From an uncultured Bdellovibrionales bacterium (GTDB taxonomy: Bacteria > Bdellovibrionota_C > UBA2361 > J135): a stretch of 64,000 nt of DNA. The position numbers were made by a program, and so were the translations under genes. Below, piece after piece: positions 37,599-46,727 of this stretch (position 1 is the stretch's first letter; each line of letters starts with the position of its first letter). The notes under the pieces were generated by a model that saw only the letters and a program-made list of their open reading frames with translations, was not told where the DNA came from and did not search any database. The stretch spans positions 22,117-86,116 of the forward strand of contig CAZFXN010000003.1 of assembly GCA_964523015.1 (NCBI GenBank), read 5' to 3'.

Positions 37599-37638
37599 CT
37601 CGGATTGCATCAATTAGATGCCGACTACATCCGATTCA

Positions 37639-38766
37639 TTAGAACCAGCTAACAAGCTGGAGAATGAATCTGTCGGTATCTGTCTCTGCTCCGCCTCTTG
37701 CCTCATCAGTTGACTGAGAGTAGTTAAGCTGAGCTTTAAGCTGATGCTTCCACCAGTAGTAGTTAAGACCAAGGTCCCAACCAGTGGTCTGATCACGTGC
37801 ATCAGAATCATCATAACTGACCATAGAATACCGACCGGCTACTTCTAGCTCGCTCGGAATAATGAAGTATCCAGCCTGAGCATACCAGCCATCCTCATCT
37901 CTATCATCACCGCCGTCCTCTTCTGCAGTGTACCATTCACCAGCAAGGCTCCAACCTTGGAATTTCCACATAGCATCAAGGTTAAGTACTGTGACGTCCT
38001 CTCCTGCAGCGAAAGTGTCGAAAGTGACTGAGTCGCTATCAGACATTGCATATGCAGCACCAACTGTGAATCCATGATCTGCTGAATTGTCAACATCACC
38101 TTCAGCATAAGCATTAATATCACCCATTGAGTATCGAGCATTTGCTATCCACAGATGATCTGTGTTCTCTGCATCACTAGCATCGTTGAATGCAGCTAAG
38201 CCCCAGCTGAATCCTTCCATACCGCCACCAACTGAAAGGCCTTCACTTCTTCCGAAGTTATATCTTTCAGAAGCAATGGATCTATCAGCAAACTGAAGCT
38301 TAGTGTCATGGTTATTCCACTGACGTGATACTCCAGTCTTGTATCGACCCATCTTAGCCCATACCCAGTCACAAGCATTCCACTTTAACCAAGCATCTTT
38401 GATGGAAGGTGAATCAACGAAATCACCGGATACCATGTACTCAAATTCCTTGTTCAATGCTGAACCAGAAACCACAACTCGTGCACTCTCAACTGAGAAT
38501 TCAGATATTTCGTCGGCTGCGCCGTCGACATCTGTATAGTCATATCGAGTGATAAATTGTGTGTTAATGCCGAATGTAAAGCCATTATCTGGGAACTCTA
38601 CACGTGTACCATTATCATAATACACACGCCCAGCTGACATTCCACCAGCCGCATATCCGTCTTTTGCAACAACACCACGTTCAACCAATAGCTCATCAAG
38701 CGTCTTTGCCTGAGAAACTGCTGGAAGAAGGAGCAATGCTGCCACTAAAATTCCTGCCTTATGCAT
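37639..38766 (-). CDS. outer-membrane beta-barrel porin (phosphate-selective porin O/P-like)
   Basis: The internal start MHKAGILVAALLLLPAVSQA gives a signal peptide. The body shows an alternating beta-strand pattern rich in aromatic residues and Gly, and ends in the OMP-type C-terminus LQLVSWF. Confidence 0.7.
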   Translation of the reverse strand: MHKAGILVAALLLLPAVSQAKTLDELLVERGVVAKDGYAAGGMSAGRVYYDNGTRVEFPDNGFTFGINTQFITRYDYTDVDGAADEISEFSVESARVVVSGSALNKEFEYMVSGDFVDSPSIKDAWLKWNACDWVWAKMGRYKTGVSRQWNNHDTKLQFADRSIASERYNFGRSEGLSVGGGMEGFSWGLAAFNDASDAENTDHLWIANARYSMGDINAYAEGDVDNSADHGFTVGAAYAMSDSDSVTFDTFAAGEDVTVLNLDAMWKFQGWSLAGEWYTAEEDGGDDRDEDGWYAQAGYFIIPSELEVAGRYSMVSYDDSDARDQTTGWDLGLNYYWWKHQLKAQLNYSQSTDEARGGAETDTDRFILQLVSWF

Positions 38767-38865
38767 AAGCTTTCGCCTCCTGCCTTTAACGTTAAAAACT
38801 CTATATCGATCCTCACAGGGGAAAATTCCCAAACGAGAATATATGCAATAGCTACATATGATCGC

Positions 38866-39053
38866 TAGAGCTCACGTATTAGATCACATTGAGAGCAAAA
38901 ATCGTCAAGATTCTAAATTGCGGGTCCCTCTAATACTTACGATAGAGCTCCCGTATAATTAGCGAAAAGGTAGGAATTGAGAATTTTAACTAGGTTATAT
39001 ATGTTTAGGGGGGTTTTAATCAGATTTAGTTTACCATTAAAAATTAGCGAAAA
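38866..39053. promoter_or_regulatory. divergent promoter region with two pairs of direct repeats (operator-like)
   Basis: TAGAGCTC[A/C]CGTAT[T/A]A occurs at 38866-38881 and 38943-38958. AATTAGCGAAAA occurs at 38957-38968 and 39042-39053. A TATAAT hexamer lies at 38954-38959. Confidence 0.3.
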
Positions 39054-39083
39054 TTATAAACATCGTTCTAGGAAAAGGGGTCA

Positions 39084-40235
39084 ATGAGTATAAATACCGA
39101 TAATATAGAAATTATAGAGAGTGTAAAAAAACTTTGCTTAAATGAGATCCCCAAATATCAAACCGAAAAGTATTACGGGACAGTCCCACTACCTCTATTT
39201 AAATCATTCTCTGCACTTGGTCTAACTGGGCTATCTATAAGTGAAGAAGGAGGCGGTATTGGAGGGTCTGCTTCTCTAATCGCCTCAATCCTAGAAGAAA
39301 TATCAAAGGTAGATCTTGGCCCTGCTATATTTCTCTCTGTCCATCTTATGGTCTCAAGGATAATTCAAAACTTTGGGGACGCTGCCCAAAAACAACGGTA
39401 CCTGCCATTACTAGCTGACGGTAAGTTACTTGGCGCATTTGCCCTTACTGAACCCTCTGCGGGTAGTGATGCTAAAGCGCTTAAGTCAACGGCCATTCAA
39501 TCCGGTGGCGATTTTATACTAAATGGATCTAAGACATATATTACAAGTGCTGGATGGGCTAACCTTTATATAGTCTTCGCTAAAATTCCTTCAACAGATC
39601 AAAAAGATTCGTCTATCGCTGCATTCTTAGTTCCAGCTGACTCAAAGGGGCTTATTGTAGGAACCCCTGAAAAGAAGATGGGGTGCGAGCTCTCCCCCAT
39701 ATCAACTCTAACTTTTGAAGATATTAAACTTCCAAAGGAGGCACTTTTAGGATCTTTAACCTCAGGATACAAAATTGCTCTTAGTGGACTGGCATCTGGA
39801 AGAGTTAACATTGCTGCCTGTGCTAACGGTCTCTCACAAGCAGCACTGGAGCGCGCCGTAGCTCACCTTAACGATCGAGAGCAGTTCGGAAAACCCTTAA
39901 TAGAGATGCAAGGGCTTCAATTTATGTTAGCCGATATGAAAACAAAACTTGAGGCGGCTAGGCTTTTAACTAGAGAGGCCGCGAATCATATAGATCAACA
40001 CTCCCCAGTTGAGACTCAGCGAAGCTTCTCCTCAATGGCCAAACTTTTTGCAACAGATTCTGCGATGGAGATCACAACCGATGCCGTTCAACTATTAGGG
40101 GGTGCCGGATATATTAGAGAGTACCAGGTCGAAAGATACATGAGGGATGCAAAAATGCTTCAGATAGTTGAGGGGACAAATCAGATACAACGTGGAATTA
40201 TTGCTAGAGATTTTCTAGCGGTATGGGTTGCCTAG
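39084..40235 (+). CDS. acyl-CoA dehydrogenase
   Basis: Blocks seen are GAFALTEPSAGSDA, YITSAG, and LLGGAGYIREYQVERYMRDAKMLQIVEGTNQIQ. Confidence 0.9.
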   Translation: MSINTDNIEIIESVKKLCLNEIPKYQTEKYYGTVPLPLFKSFSALGLTGLSISEEGGGIGGSASLIASILEEISKVDLGPAIFLSVHLMVSRIIQNFGDAAQKQRYLPLLADGKLLGAFALTEPSAGSDAKALKSTAIQSGGDFILNGSKTYITSAGWANLYIVFAKIPSTDQKDSSIAAFLVPADSKGLIVGTPEKKMGCELSPISTLTFEDIKLPKEALLGSLTSGYKIALSGLASGRVNIAACANGLSQAALERAVAHLNDREQFGKPLIEMQGLQFMLADMKTKLEAARLLTREAANHIDQHSPVETQRSFSSMAKLFATDSAMEITTDAVQLLGGAGYIREYQVERYMRDAKMLQIVEGTNQIQRGIIARDFLAVWVA

Positions 40236-40643
40236 AGTTGGCCCATCATATAACCGCTCATACATAGAATCGTTTGGCTCTGCTCTTTGAGATCCATCTA
40301 GGTTTCTTTGATGCAGAGCATCAATCTCTTTTTGTCGAGCATCAATTTCAAATTGAGTAGTTTGAATCTCTTGATTAATCCGTCTAACTTCGGCTTTCTC
40401 CATTTCATCTCTAACGTATCCAACTACAATACCTGTCGCTGCTCCTAGCCCAGCACCAAGCGCAGCACTCATGCCAAGATCTCCATTTGAAATTACAGCA
40501 CCTACTAGTGCTCCAGCTCCCGCACCTACAGCAGCTCCTCCGATACCAAGAGAGACAGGTCGCGGGACAGGTTGCACAGATCCGCAACCTGTAACACCGA
40601 TCAAGATAACCCCTAGGGTTACTATAAAATTTGTAATCTTCAT
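40215..40643 (-). CDS. glycine-zipper lipoprotein with C-terminal coiled coil
   Basis: The start at 40643 is preceded by GAGGAAG. The signal MKITNFIVTLGVILIGVTGC carries a lipobox. The Gly-zipper is GIGGAAVGAGAGALVGAV...GAGLGAATGIVVG. Confidence 0.65.
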   Translation of the reverse strand: MKITNFIVTLGVILIGVTGCGSVQPVPRPVSLGIGGAAVGAGAGALVGAVISNGDLGMSAALGAGLGAATGIVVGYVRDEMEKAEVRRINQEIQTTQFEIDARQKEIDALHQRNLDGSQRAEPNDSMYERLYDGPTLGNPYR

Positions 40644-40924
40644 TAACTTCCTCATTAAGAGCCTACGAAGCCTACGCACCTAAAAAGTGCGGTCATTCAA
40701 AACTGTTATGAGCTGTAATCATAGTTCAGTAGCTTTGAAATTTTGTCACTAATTACTAAAAAAGCAATATAAAGACTAAGAATTTCAGATGGTTAACAAG
40801 CCGTATGACGAGGAAAATCACAAATCAGGAATCCGCACTATATATATTAGTAAAAGAACCTGGAACCGCTAATGAAGCCACTGCACAAACCGTTTGCTAG
40901 GTGCCTCAAATTACAGGTAACCTT

Positions 40925-40941
40925 TGGTGCGAGTTCGGCAT
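40925..40941 (+). promoter_or_regulatory. weak candidate sigma-54 (-24/-12) promoter upstream of the CheY-like gene
   Basis: TGGTGCGAGTTCGGCAT has the correct GG-N10-GC spacing relative to the consensus TGGCACG-N4-TTGCW. It has 4 mismatches in flanking positions. It lies ~55 nt upstream of the ATG at 40996. Confidence 0.25.
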
Positions 40942-40995
40942 CAAATTCAAACTGCCAAGCTCCATATTAACTTATAACTTACAGTTACCTAGCTT

Positions 40996-41367
40996 ATGGG
41001 TGAGAATAAAATAAAAATCCTAGTCGTTGATGATGATGTAACATCACTAGACCTTATCGATCTCCTCTTTGAGGACAAAGGGTACGAGGTAGTCCGTAGA
41101 GCTGATGGAACTTCTGCAGTTGCCTGCGTAGATGAAGTTAAACCTGATATAATCTTAGTCGATCTAATGATGCCTGGCATAACTGGACAAGAGGCAGTTC
41201 AACAGATAAGGGCAAAAGGAATTAAGATACCGATCGTTGCTTTTACCGCGCTTGATGATTCTGATGTACACGATGCTGCTAGAGAGGCAGGATGTAATCT
41301 TGTACTTACAAAACCATGTAAGCCATCAGATCTTGTAAAACACATAGAGAATCTGGTTAGAAATTAG
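40996..41367 (+). CDS. single-domain CheY-like response regulator
   Basis: Receiver motifs seen are ILVVDDD, ILVDLMMPG, IVAFTA and LTKP. Confidence 0.85.
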   Translation: MGENKIKILVVDDDVTSLDLIDLLFEDKGYEVVRRADGTSAVACVDEVKPDIILVDLMMPGITGQEAVQQIRAKGIKIPIVAFTALDDSDVHDAAREAGCNLVLTKPCKPSDLVKHIENLVRN

Positions 41368-41430
41368 TCTTTGGGTTAGTCTTTAAAATCGCACTCTACG
41401 ATAACTACGGTACTGAAACTACTGTACTGA

Positions 41431-42021
41431 ATGAATTTACCACTGATGAAAACTGAACCTGTCGATTTAGAATCACCTCAATCAAGATTTAATCTCTCTG
41501 CTCCTGGATCACATGCCGATCACATGCTGCGCCAAACTAGGACTCAACTAATGCAACTTAGTCAGATGGCTGATGCTAAAGCTGGGATGTTAATTACAAT
41601 CTCTTCAATAGTTACCTCCTTGACTGTCCCCCTTCTACTTAGGCCAGAATTTCATATCGCTGCAGCAATCTTAATCACAACTTCTGTACTAACTATCTTA
41701 CTTGCAGCCTATGCTACTATGCCGAAAATATTTGCGGAGAAAAACAAGCGTCCGAACCTAAGCTCTCCCAACTTTAATATTCTATTCTTTACTGACTTTG
41801 TAAAACTTGATTACAACGACTTTCATACTGAGATAGAGCGGATTGTGGCAGATCCAGGACTGGCCTACTCCACACAAACTAAGGAAGTGTACTTAATGGG
41901 CCAATATTTAGCCAACCGAAAATTTAAATTCCTAACCCTTAGCTATGTTTCTTTTATTAGTGGACTTATACTAAGTGTTGGATTTGCCTTTTATACTACC
42001 TCGCTTAGTAATCTTTTTTAA
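41431..42021 (+). CDS. membrane protein resembling the Pycsar-effector TM domain family (PycTM / former DUF5706)
   Basis: 196 aa. An N-terminal amphipathic helix (HADHMLRQTRTQLMQLSQMADAKAGML) is followed by two TM helices, then NILFFTDF...YNDF...EVYLMGQYLANRKFKFL and a final TM helix. The call comes from my memory of the family pattern, not from a search. Confidence 0.45.
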   Translation: MNLPLMKTEPVDLESPQSRFNLSAPGSHADHMLRQTRTQLMQLSQMADAKAGMLITISSIVTSLTVPLLLRPEFHIAAAILITTSVLTILLAAYATMPKIFAEKNKRPNLSSPNFNILFFTDFVKLDYNDFHTEIERIVADPGLAYSTQTKEVYLMGQYLANRKFKFLTLSYVSFISGLILSVGFAFYTTSLSNLF

Positions 42022-42046
42022 GCAATTCCTTACTAAACCAAGTTGA

Positions 42047-42601
42047 CTAGCGAACCTTCATTGCTAATACTTTTTGCCTTAAGGCTGATTTATATTTTTT
42101 AATTCGACTAAAAATCTTTTCCCCTTCTTTTCCTCCAGCAACTCCTAACATCTGAGCTGCTAATATCCCGGCATTCCATGCTCCACCAATCGCAACAGTA
42201 GCAACCGGCACCCCTCGTGGCATCTGAACAATTGAGTAGAGTGCATCTTTTCCTTTCAGCTCTCCAACTGGGACCGGAACTCCAATAACAGGTAATTCAG
42301 TCAAAGAGGCAACCATTCCTGGCAGGTGAGCAGCTCCTCCAGCTCCGGCGATAATTATCCGAACTCCCCTACTGCGTGCTTCCTCTGCAAAACGAACCAT
42401 CTCTTTAGGAGTACGATGAGCTGAGACAACCGAGATCTCAAAAGGAATTAAAAGCTCTTTAAGTGCACTCGCTGCATCCTTCATCACAGAAAGATCCGAA
42501 GAACTCCCCATAATAATGGAAACCTGTGGCGACGCCTTTTTTTTATTGGTAGATTTCATAATTATTTTCTTTACTCTTTTCTTTTTAGCCTTAGCCATCA
42601 A
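42047..42601 (-). CDS. purE: N5-carboxyaminoimidazole ribonucleotide mutase PurE (Lys-rich N-terminal extension; true start uncertain)
   Basis: Blocks seen are [22 protein letters not shown], and [17 protein letters not shown]. Confidence 0.9.
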   Translation of the reverse strand: MMAKAKKKRVKKIIMKSTNKKKASPQVSIIMGSSSDLSVMKDAASALKELLIPFEISVVSAHRTPKEMVRFAEEARSRGVRIIIAGAGGAAHLPGMVASLTELPVIGVPVPVGELKGKDALYSIVQMPRGVPVATVAIGGAWNAGILAAQMLGVAGGKEGEKIFSRIKKYKSALRQKVLAMKVR

Positions 42602-42638
42602 CGGCTCCTAATTTTTATAATTATATTTATGTTAAAAC

Positions 42639-43916
42639 TTACACATCAGGGGCAAGCGAACCATACCAGCTCTTTTCAGACTTATAAACCTGTTCAAGTT
42701 TTTCTATAAGCTGATCATGATCATTGGCGATAACATTTACATGTCCCATCTTCCGACGAGGCATCATGACATCCTTACCATACCAGTGAATAAAGATATC
42801 AGGATCAACTATTTGAGGTGGGGGAAAAGGCGGAATAAAAGGTTGGGTAAGGGGAGAAATAAAAGGGGCGATAAAATCAGTATTGGATAAATTTCTTTCG
42901 CATTTTGGATCTGTGGGGCCTAGCAGATTATACATTCCAAAAAATGGTGTTGTTGAAACCTCACCTAGCGGCATACCGAGAGCGGCGTGTAAATGATTCT
43001 CAAACTGACTCGTCTTACAGCAGTCCTGACTATAATGCCCACTATTATGCACCCGCGGAGCAATCTCATTAACTAAAATCCTACCATCAACTGTCTCAAA
43101 TAATTCAACGGCAAAGGTTCCAACAATTTTAAGCCCCTCCGCTAACTTTCTTACGTACTCTATCGCTTTTACTTCATGCTGTGGATCCACTCCTAGCTTA
43201 CTCGCTGGCCCAGTGACTACTGAACAGATCCCATTTTTCTGTTCTGAAACAACAAGAGGGTAATTTGCAAACTCACCATTTTTCGAGACACACCCTAAAA
43301 TAGCAAGCTCTCGCTTAAACGGAATTTTTTCCTCAGCATAAACTCTCCCTCCATGAGAGATCGTTTCACGGGCAAAAGAGAGGATTGCTGCCTGCTCTGT
43401 TTTCTTTGGCGATATCAGTAATCCTTTACCGTCATATCCTCGACTACCCCATTTAAAAACTACATCTTCACCAAATCTTTTTAAGGCATCTCCGACCCAT
43501 TCATTAAGATTCTTTTCATCTGAGCAGACCGTGAACTTTGCTGTCTCAATATTTAATTCCGATAACACCTCTTTCTGTTTAGCCTTATCGGAGAGAGTTT
43601 TCATCACATTCAGATTTGGACAGAATTCTACATTCAACCCAATTGCAGCTTTTTGATACTGATCGAACGGCGAGAACTCATTTTCAAAAAGAACTGTATC
43701 AACAGTTGAAAAAAATTTCTTAATAAGATCTAAATCGTCGGGGGATCCAATAACGCGATCGCCGCAAATTTTTGCAGCTGGATCGGTTTCTTTTTGACAG
43801 TATATTTTTGTAGGGAGTTGAAGTATTTGAGCTGCTTCAACCAACATAAGAGCGAGCTGTCCGCCACCCATTATACCGATACGTTTTTTGCTCAAAGAAT
43901 CCGTCATAATCGCCAT
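42639..43916 (-). CDS. purK: N5-carboxyaminoimidazole ribonucleotide synthase PurK (ATP-grasp)
   Basis: Blocks seen are IGIMGGGQLALML, ATP-grasp blocks (GYDGKG, VNEIAPRVHNSGH), and the C-terminal HWYGK...RKMGHV. Confidence 0.85.
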   Translation of the reverse strand: MAIMTDSLSKKRIGIMGGGQLALMLVEAAQILQLPTKIYCQKETDPAAKICGDRVIGSPDDLDLIKKFFSTVDTVLFENEFSPFDQYQKAAIGLNVEFCPNLNVMKTLSDKAKQKEVLSELNIETAKFTVCSDEKNLNEWVGDALKRFGEDVVFKWGSRGYDGKGLLISPKKTEQAAILSFARETISHGGRVYAEEKIPFKRELAILGCVSKNGEFANYPLVVSEQKNGICSVVTGPASKLGVDPQHEVKAIEYVRKLAEGLKIVGTFAVELFETVDGRILVNEIAPRVHNSGHYSQDCCKTSQFENHLHAALGMPLGEVSTTPFFGMYNLLGPTDPKCERNLSNTDFIAPFISPLTQPFIPPFPPPQIVDPDIFIHWYGKDVMMPRRKMGHVNVIANDHDQLIEKLEQVYKSEKSWYGSLAPDV

Positions 43917-44012
43917 ATTCTTTGAGAAGGTATATTATTATATGCAGCAGGGGCAAACCTATTCTATGAGATACTATTAGAATGTCCTGTAATAAGAACG
44001 AAGAGGATTCTC

Positions 44013-44330
44013 CTATCCTTCAACCACTAAAGCGGTTTTACCAATGATGACCTGGTCACCTTCTTTTAAGTGACACTGCTCGCCAGTCTCCAATCGATCC
44101 CCCCTATTAACGAAGGTTCCGTTTAGACTACCAAGGTCCCAGATAATTACAGTCTCTCCACTCTTTTCAATCATGGCATGTTTTCGAGAAACTTTTGCTT
44201 CCAAATCTTCGTTGGTAAGGTCGAGAATATTGCAATCTTTAGTATCGCAGGCACGCCCAAGGAGATTCATTCCATCAACAATTTCAAATACCTTGCCGGG
44301 AGTACCCCCTTTAATCACTCGAAGCTTCAT
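44013..44330 (-). CDS. stand-alone FHA-domain protein (105 aa)
   Basis: The FHA signature is LLGR...VSRKHAMI...IWDLGSLNGTFVN. Confidence 0.8.
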   Translation of the reverse strand: MKLRVIKGGTPGKVFEIVDGMNLLGRACDTKDCNILDLTNEDLEAKVSRKHAMIEKSGETVIIWDLGSLNGTFVNRGDRLETGEQCHLKEGDQVIIGKTALVVEG

Positions 44331-45017
44331 TTGTTGTTCCCCTATAATGTTGTGGCTAGTGCACCTATCGATATTGTACTCTGGATATCGTCAAGATTCC
44401 CATTTTAGTAAAGTTATTACTTGTACATAACTACCTTAAATACTTAGATTAAGTGTCTGTTTATAATGTCTTTTTATAGATTTATGGCTCAATTTGAATC
44501 TACTGATTCAAAATCTTAATCTTTAATGGTATCATATGCAGTTGGGGCCAGGTTAGCACAGAGATAAGGACCTCTGAAGATTTGTTAACCAACCTCACTC
44601 AGAGATATCAATCCTCTCTGAATTTAACTTATTTAAAGGATTGAAAAAATTTTCGCTCGTACCGAGATGTTGTGATCTTGGGACATTAAAACTTTTAACA
44701 TTTATTTGGTTTGGTTCGGATTTATAAGTCAGATTACACAGTCACCATATAATGAGTAAGTCAATTTTAGAGAGCATAGATATATATAGCCTTATTGTTG
44801 GACGTAGTTATTGTCCTGCCTGGGCGACTGTCGGCGATCATAACGCAAGACAAGTCGTACCATGCATTAATGCTTTTGCTCCTCTCTACTTAAACTCACC
44901 AGAGACACAGTGTAGAAATGCGGTATCTTGGAATACGCTGTGCTGGAATGTGTGCAGGCACAAAATGGAACTACTGACTCATACAAGTCTGATCCACACC
45001 TTCTTAAGGCGGATCAC
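44331..45017 (+). promoter_or_regulatory. ~690-nt non-coding region: divergent promoters plus long leader of the RNase E/G gene
   Basis: No convincing ORF. The 118-aa track ORF has no SD and overlaps the RNase gene start. A possible sigma-70 promoter is TTGAAT-17 nt-TAATCT near 44495-44523. Confidence 0.4.
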
Positions 45018-46721
45018 ATGGAAAAATTTATGCTTATTAACGCAATCCATCACGAGGAATGTCGGATTGCGATCGTTGAAAATAAAAAACTCGTCGAGCT
45101 TGAGGTAGAATCTACCTCCGGACAGAATACTAAAGGGAATATCTATAAAGCCAAGATCTCTCGGATAGAGCCGAGCTTGCAAGCTGCATTTTTAGATCTG
45201 GGAACTAAACGAAATGGGTTTTTACAGATCAATGATATTCATCCAGCATATTTTAAAAACTACGATCCAACACTTCGGCGTGGACGTCCGCGCATTCAAG
45301 ATGTTTTGGAGGCAGGCCAGGAATTAATTGTTCAAATTGTCAAAGAAGAGCGGGAGATAAAGGGCGCGACCCTGACAACATACCTTTCTCTTCCTGGTAG
45401 ATATATTGTACTTATGCCCGGCAGTGATAAGGGCGGAATCTCTAGAAAGATTATTGATGAGGAACAACGTGTGCGCCTCAGAAAACTATCTCAAGAACTT
45501 GAGATTCCTAAAGGTGTTGGAATTATTGTTAGAACAGCTGGTCTTGATAGATCACAGAGCGAATTAAGTCGAGATCTCAGCATCCAGCTAAAAGTTTGGG
45601 AAGATATTTTAATGGATGGGCAATCGGTAGGATGTCCGTCACTGCTTTATGAGGACAACCATCTGCCAACTCGGGTTATGCGCGATTATTTTACGCCAGA
45701 TATTCGAGAAGTTCTAATTGACGATCCTAATACCTATGAGCAGGTAAAAAATTTCGTATCTAGGGTTATGCCAAGATATAGATCTCGTATCAGGCTGTAT
45801 GCTGATCAAACCCCGCTTTTTTCATCGTTTAATATTGACCGTCAGGTTGATACGACTCTAACTCCAATGGTGAAACTCCCCTCAGGCGGATCGATAGTAA
45901 TTGAACCTCTTGAGGCTCTAGTTGCAATTGATGTTAACTCTGGCAAAGCAACACAAGGCGGAAGCATTGAAGATACTGCTTTTCAGACAAACTTGGAAGC
46001 AGCTGAAGAGGTAGCTCGTCAACTACGGTTAAGAGATCTTGGTGGCCTTGTAGTAGTAGATTTTATTGACATGCTAGATAAGCGTCACAAAAACTCATTA
46101 GAGAAAAAGATGATGGACTCTGTTAAGGAGGATCGAGCCCGTGTGGAGATCGGCACTCTATCAAAGTTTGGACTTCTTGAAATGTCGAGACAACGGCTAA
46201 GAGCCCCGCTCAGTAGCCAAAGTCATCAAAACTGTCCAACCTGTGGTGGGGCTGGCCAAATCAAAGATTCTAACCTAGTCGCACTAGAGGCATTAAGAAA
46301 AATACAGGCGGCAGTTATTGTTGGTGGAGTTTCAGGAGTCAGAGCAAGACTTCATTCTTCAGCTGCTCTGATATTACTTAATAACAAACGAGCAGAGATC
46401 GCAAAATTAGAATCTGAAAAAGATGTAAGGATCCTAATCCTTGCTGATGGCCGACTCCGTCCGGATGAATACCAGTTTGAAATGGAAACTTTAAAAGGTG
46501 AGGTTCGCGCTGTAGAGCAGCAAGCTCCAGTTCGCGCCGCAATTGCTCCAATCGAAGTTGACGATGAGGACGAGGTTGATGATGATGCTCACCCATCTCA
46601 CAGACATGGTGGCGCTGATGACGAGGAGGGGGACGACGTAGCCGCTACCGAGGATCCTAAAACTTTAGCAGTTGAAGATGACTCTGAAGAGACTCCGCCA
46701 AAGTCTGCTGTTAAGGCTTAA
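45018..46721 (+). CDS. ribonuclease E/G family endoribonuclease with acidic C-terminal tail
   Basis: Start MEKFMLINAIHHEECRIAIVE. S1 domain GNIYKAKISRIEPSLQAAFLDLG. DNase-I-like block AIDVNSGK. Zn-link CPTCGGAG. The tail is rich in D/E. Confidence 0.9.
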   Translation: MEKFMLINAIHHEECRIAIVENKKLVELEVESTSGQNTKGNIYKAKISRIEPSLQAAFLDLGTKRNGFLQINDIHPAYFKNYDPTLRRGRPRIQDVLEAGQELIVQIVKEEREIKGATLTTYLSLPGRYIVLMPGSDKGGISRKIIDEEQRVRLRKLSQELEIPKGVGIIVRTAGLDRSQSELSRDLSIQLKVWEDILMDGQSVGCPSLLYEDNHLPTRVMRDYFTPDIREVLIDDPNTYEQVKNFVSRVMPRYRSRIRLYADQTPLFSSFNIDRQVDTTLTPMVKLPSGGSIVIEPLEALVAIDVNSGKATQGGSIEDTAFQTNLEAAEEVARQLRLRDLGGLVVVDFIDMLDKRHKNSLEKKMMDSVKEDRARVEIGTLSKFGLLEMSRQRLRAPLSSQSHQNCPTCGGAGQIKDSNLVALEALRKIQAAVIVGGVSGVRARLHSSAALILLNNKRAEIAKLESEKDVRILILADGRLRPDEYQFEMETLKGEVRAVEQQAPVRAAIAPIEVDDEDEVDDDAHPSHRHGGADDEEGDDVAATEDPKTLAVEDDSEETPPKSAVKA

Positions 46722-46727
46722 CTTAGA

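Noticed and set aside
37614-38539. Several 60-98 aa ORFs in alternative frames or strands within the porin gene
   Set aside because: The porin frame has a signal peptide, beta-strand periodicity and a C-terminal Phe. The alternative ORFs have none of these.
44752-45108. 118-aa ORF upstream of and overlapping the RNase E/G start, and the 30-codon N-terminal extension of the RNase ORF (44928)
   Set aside because: Neither has an SD. Both are Cys/Trp-rich with odd composition. The conserved RNase N-terminus begins at the ATG at 45018, so I treat this region as leader RNA.
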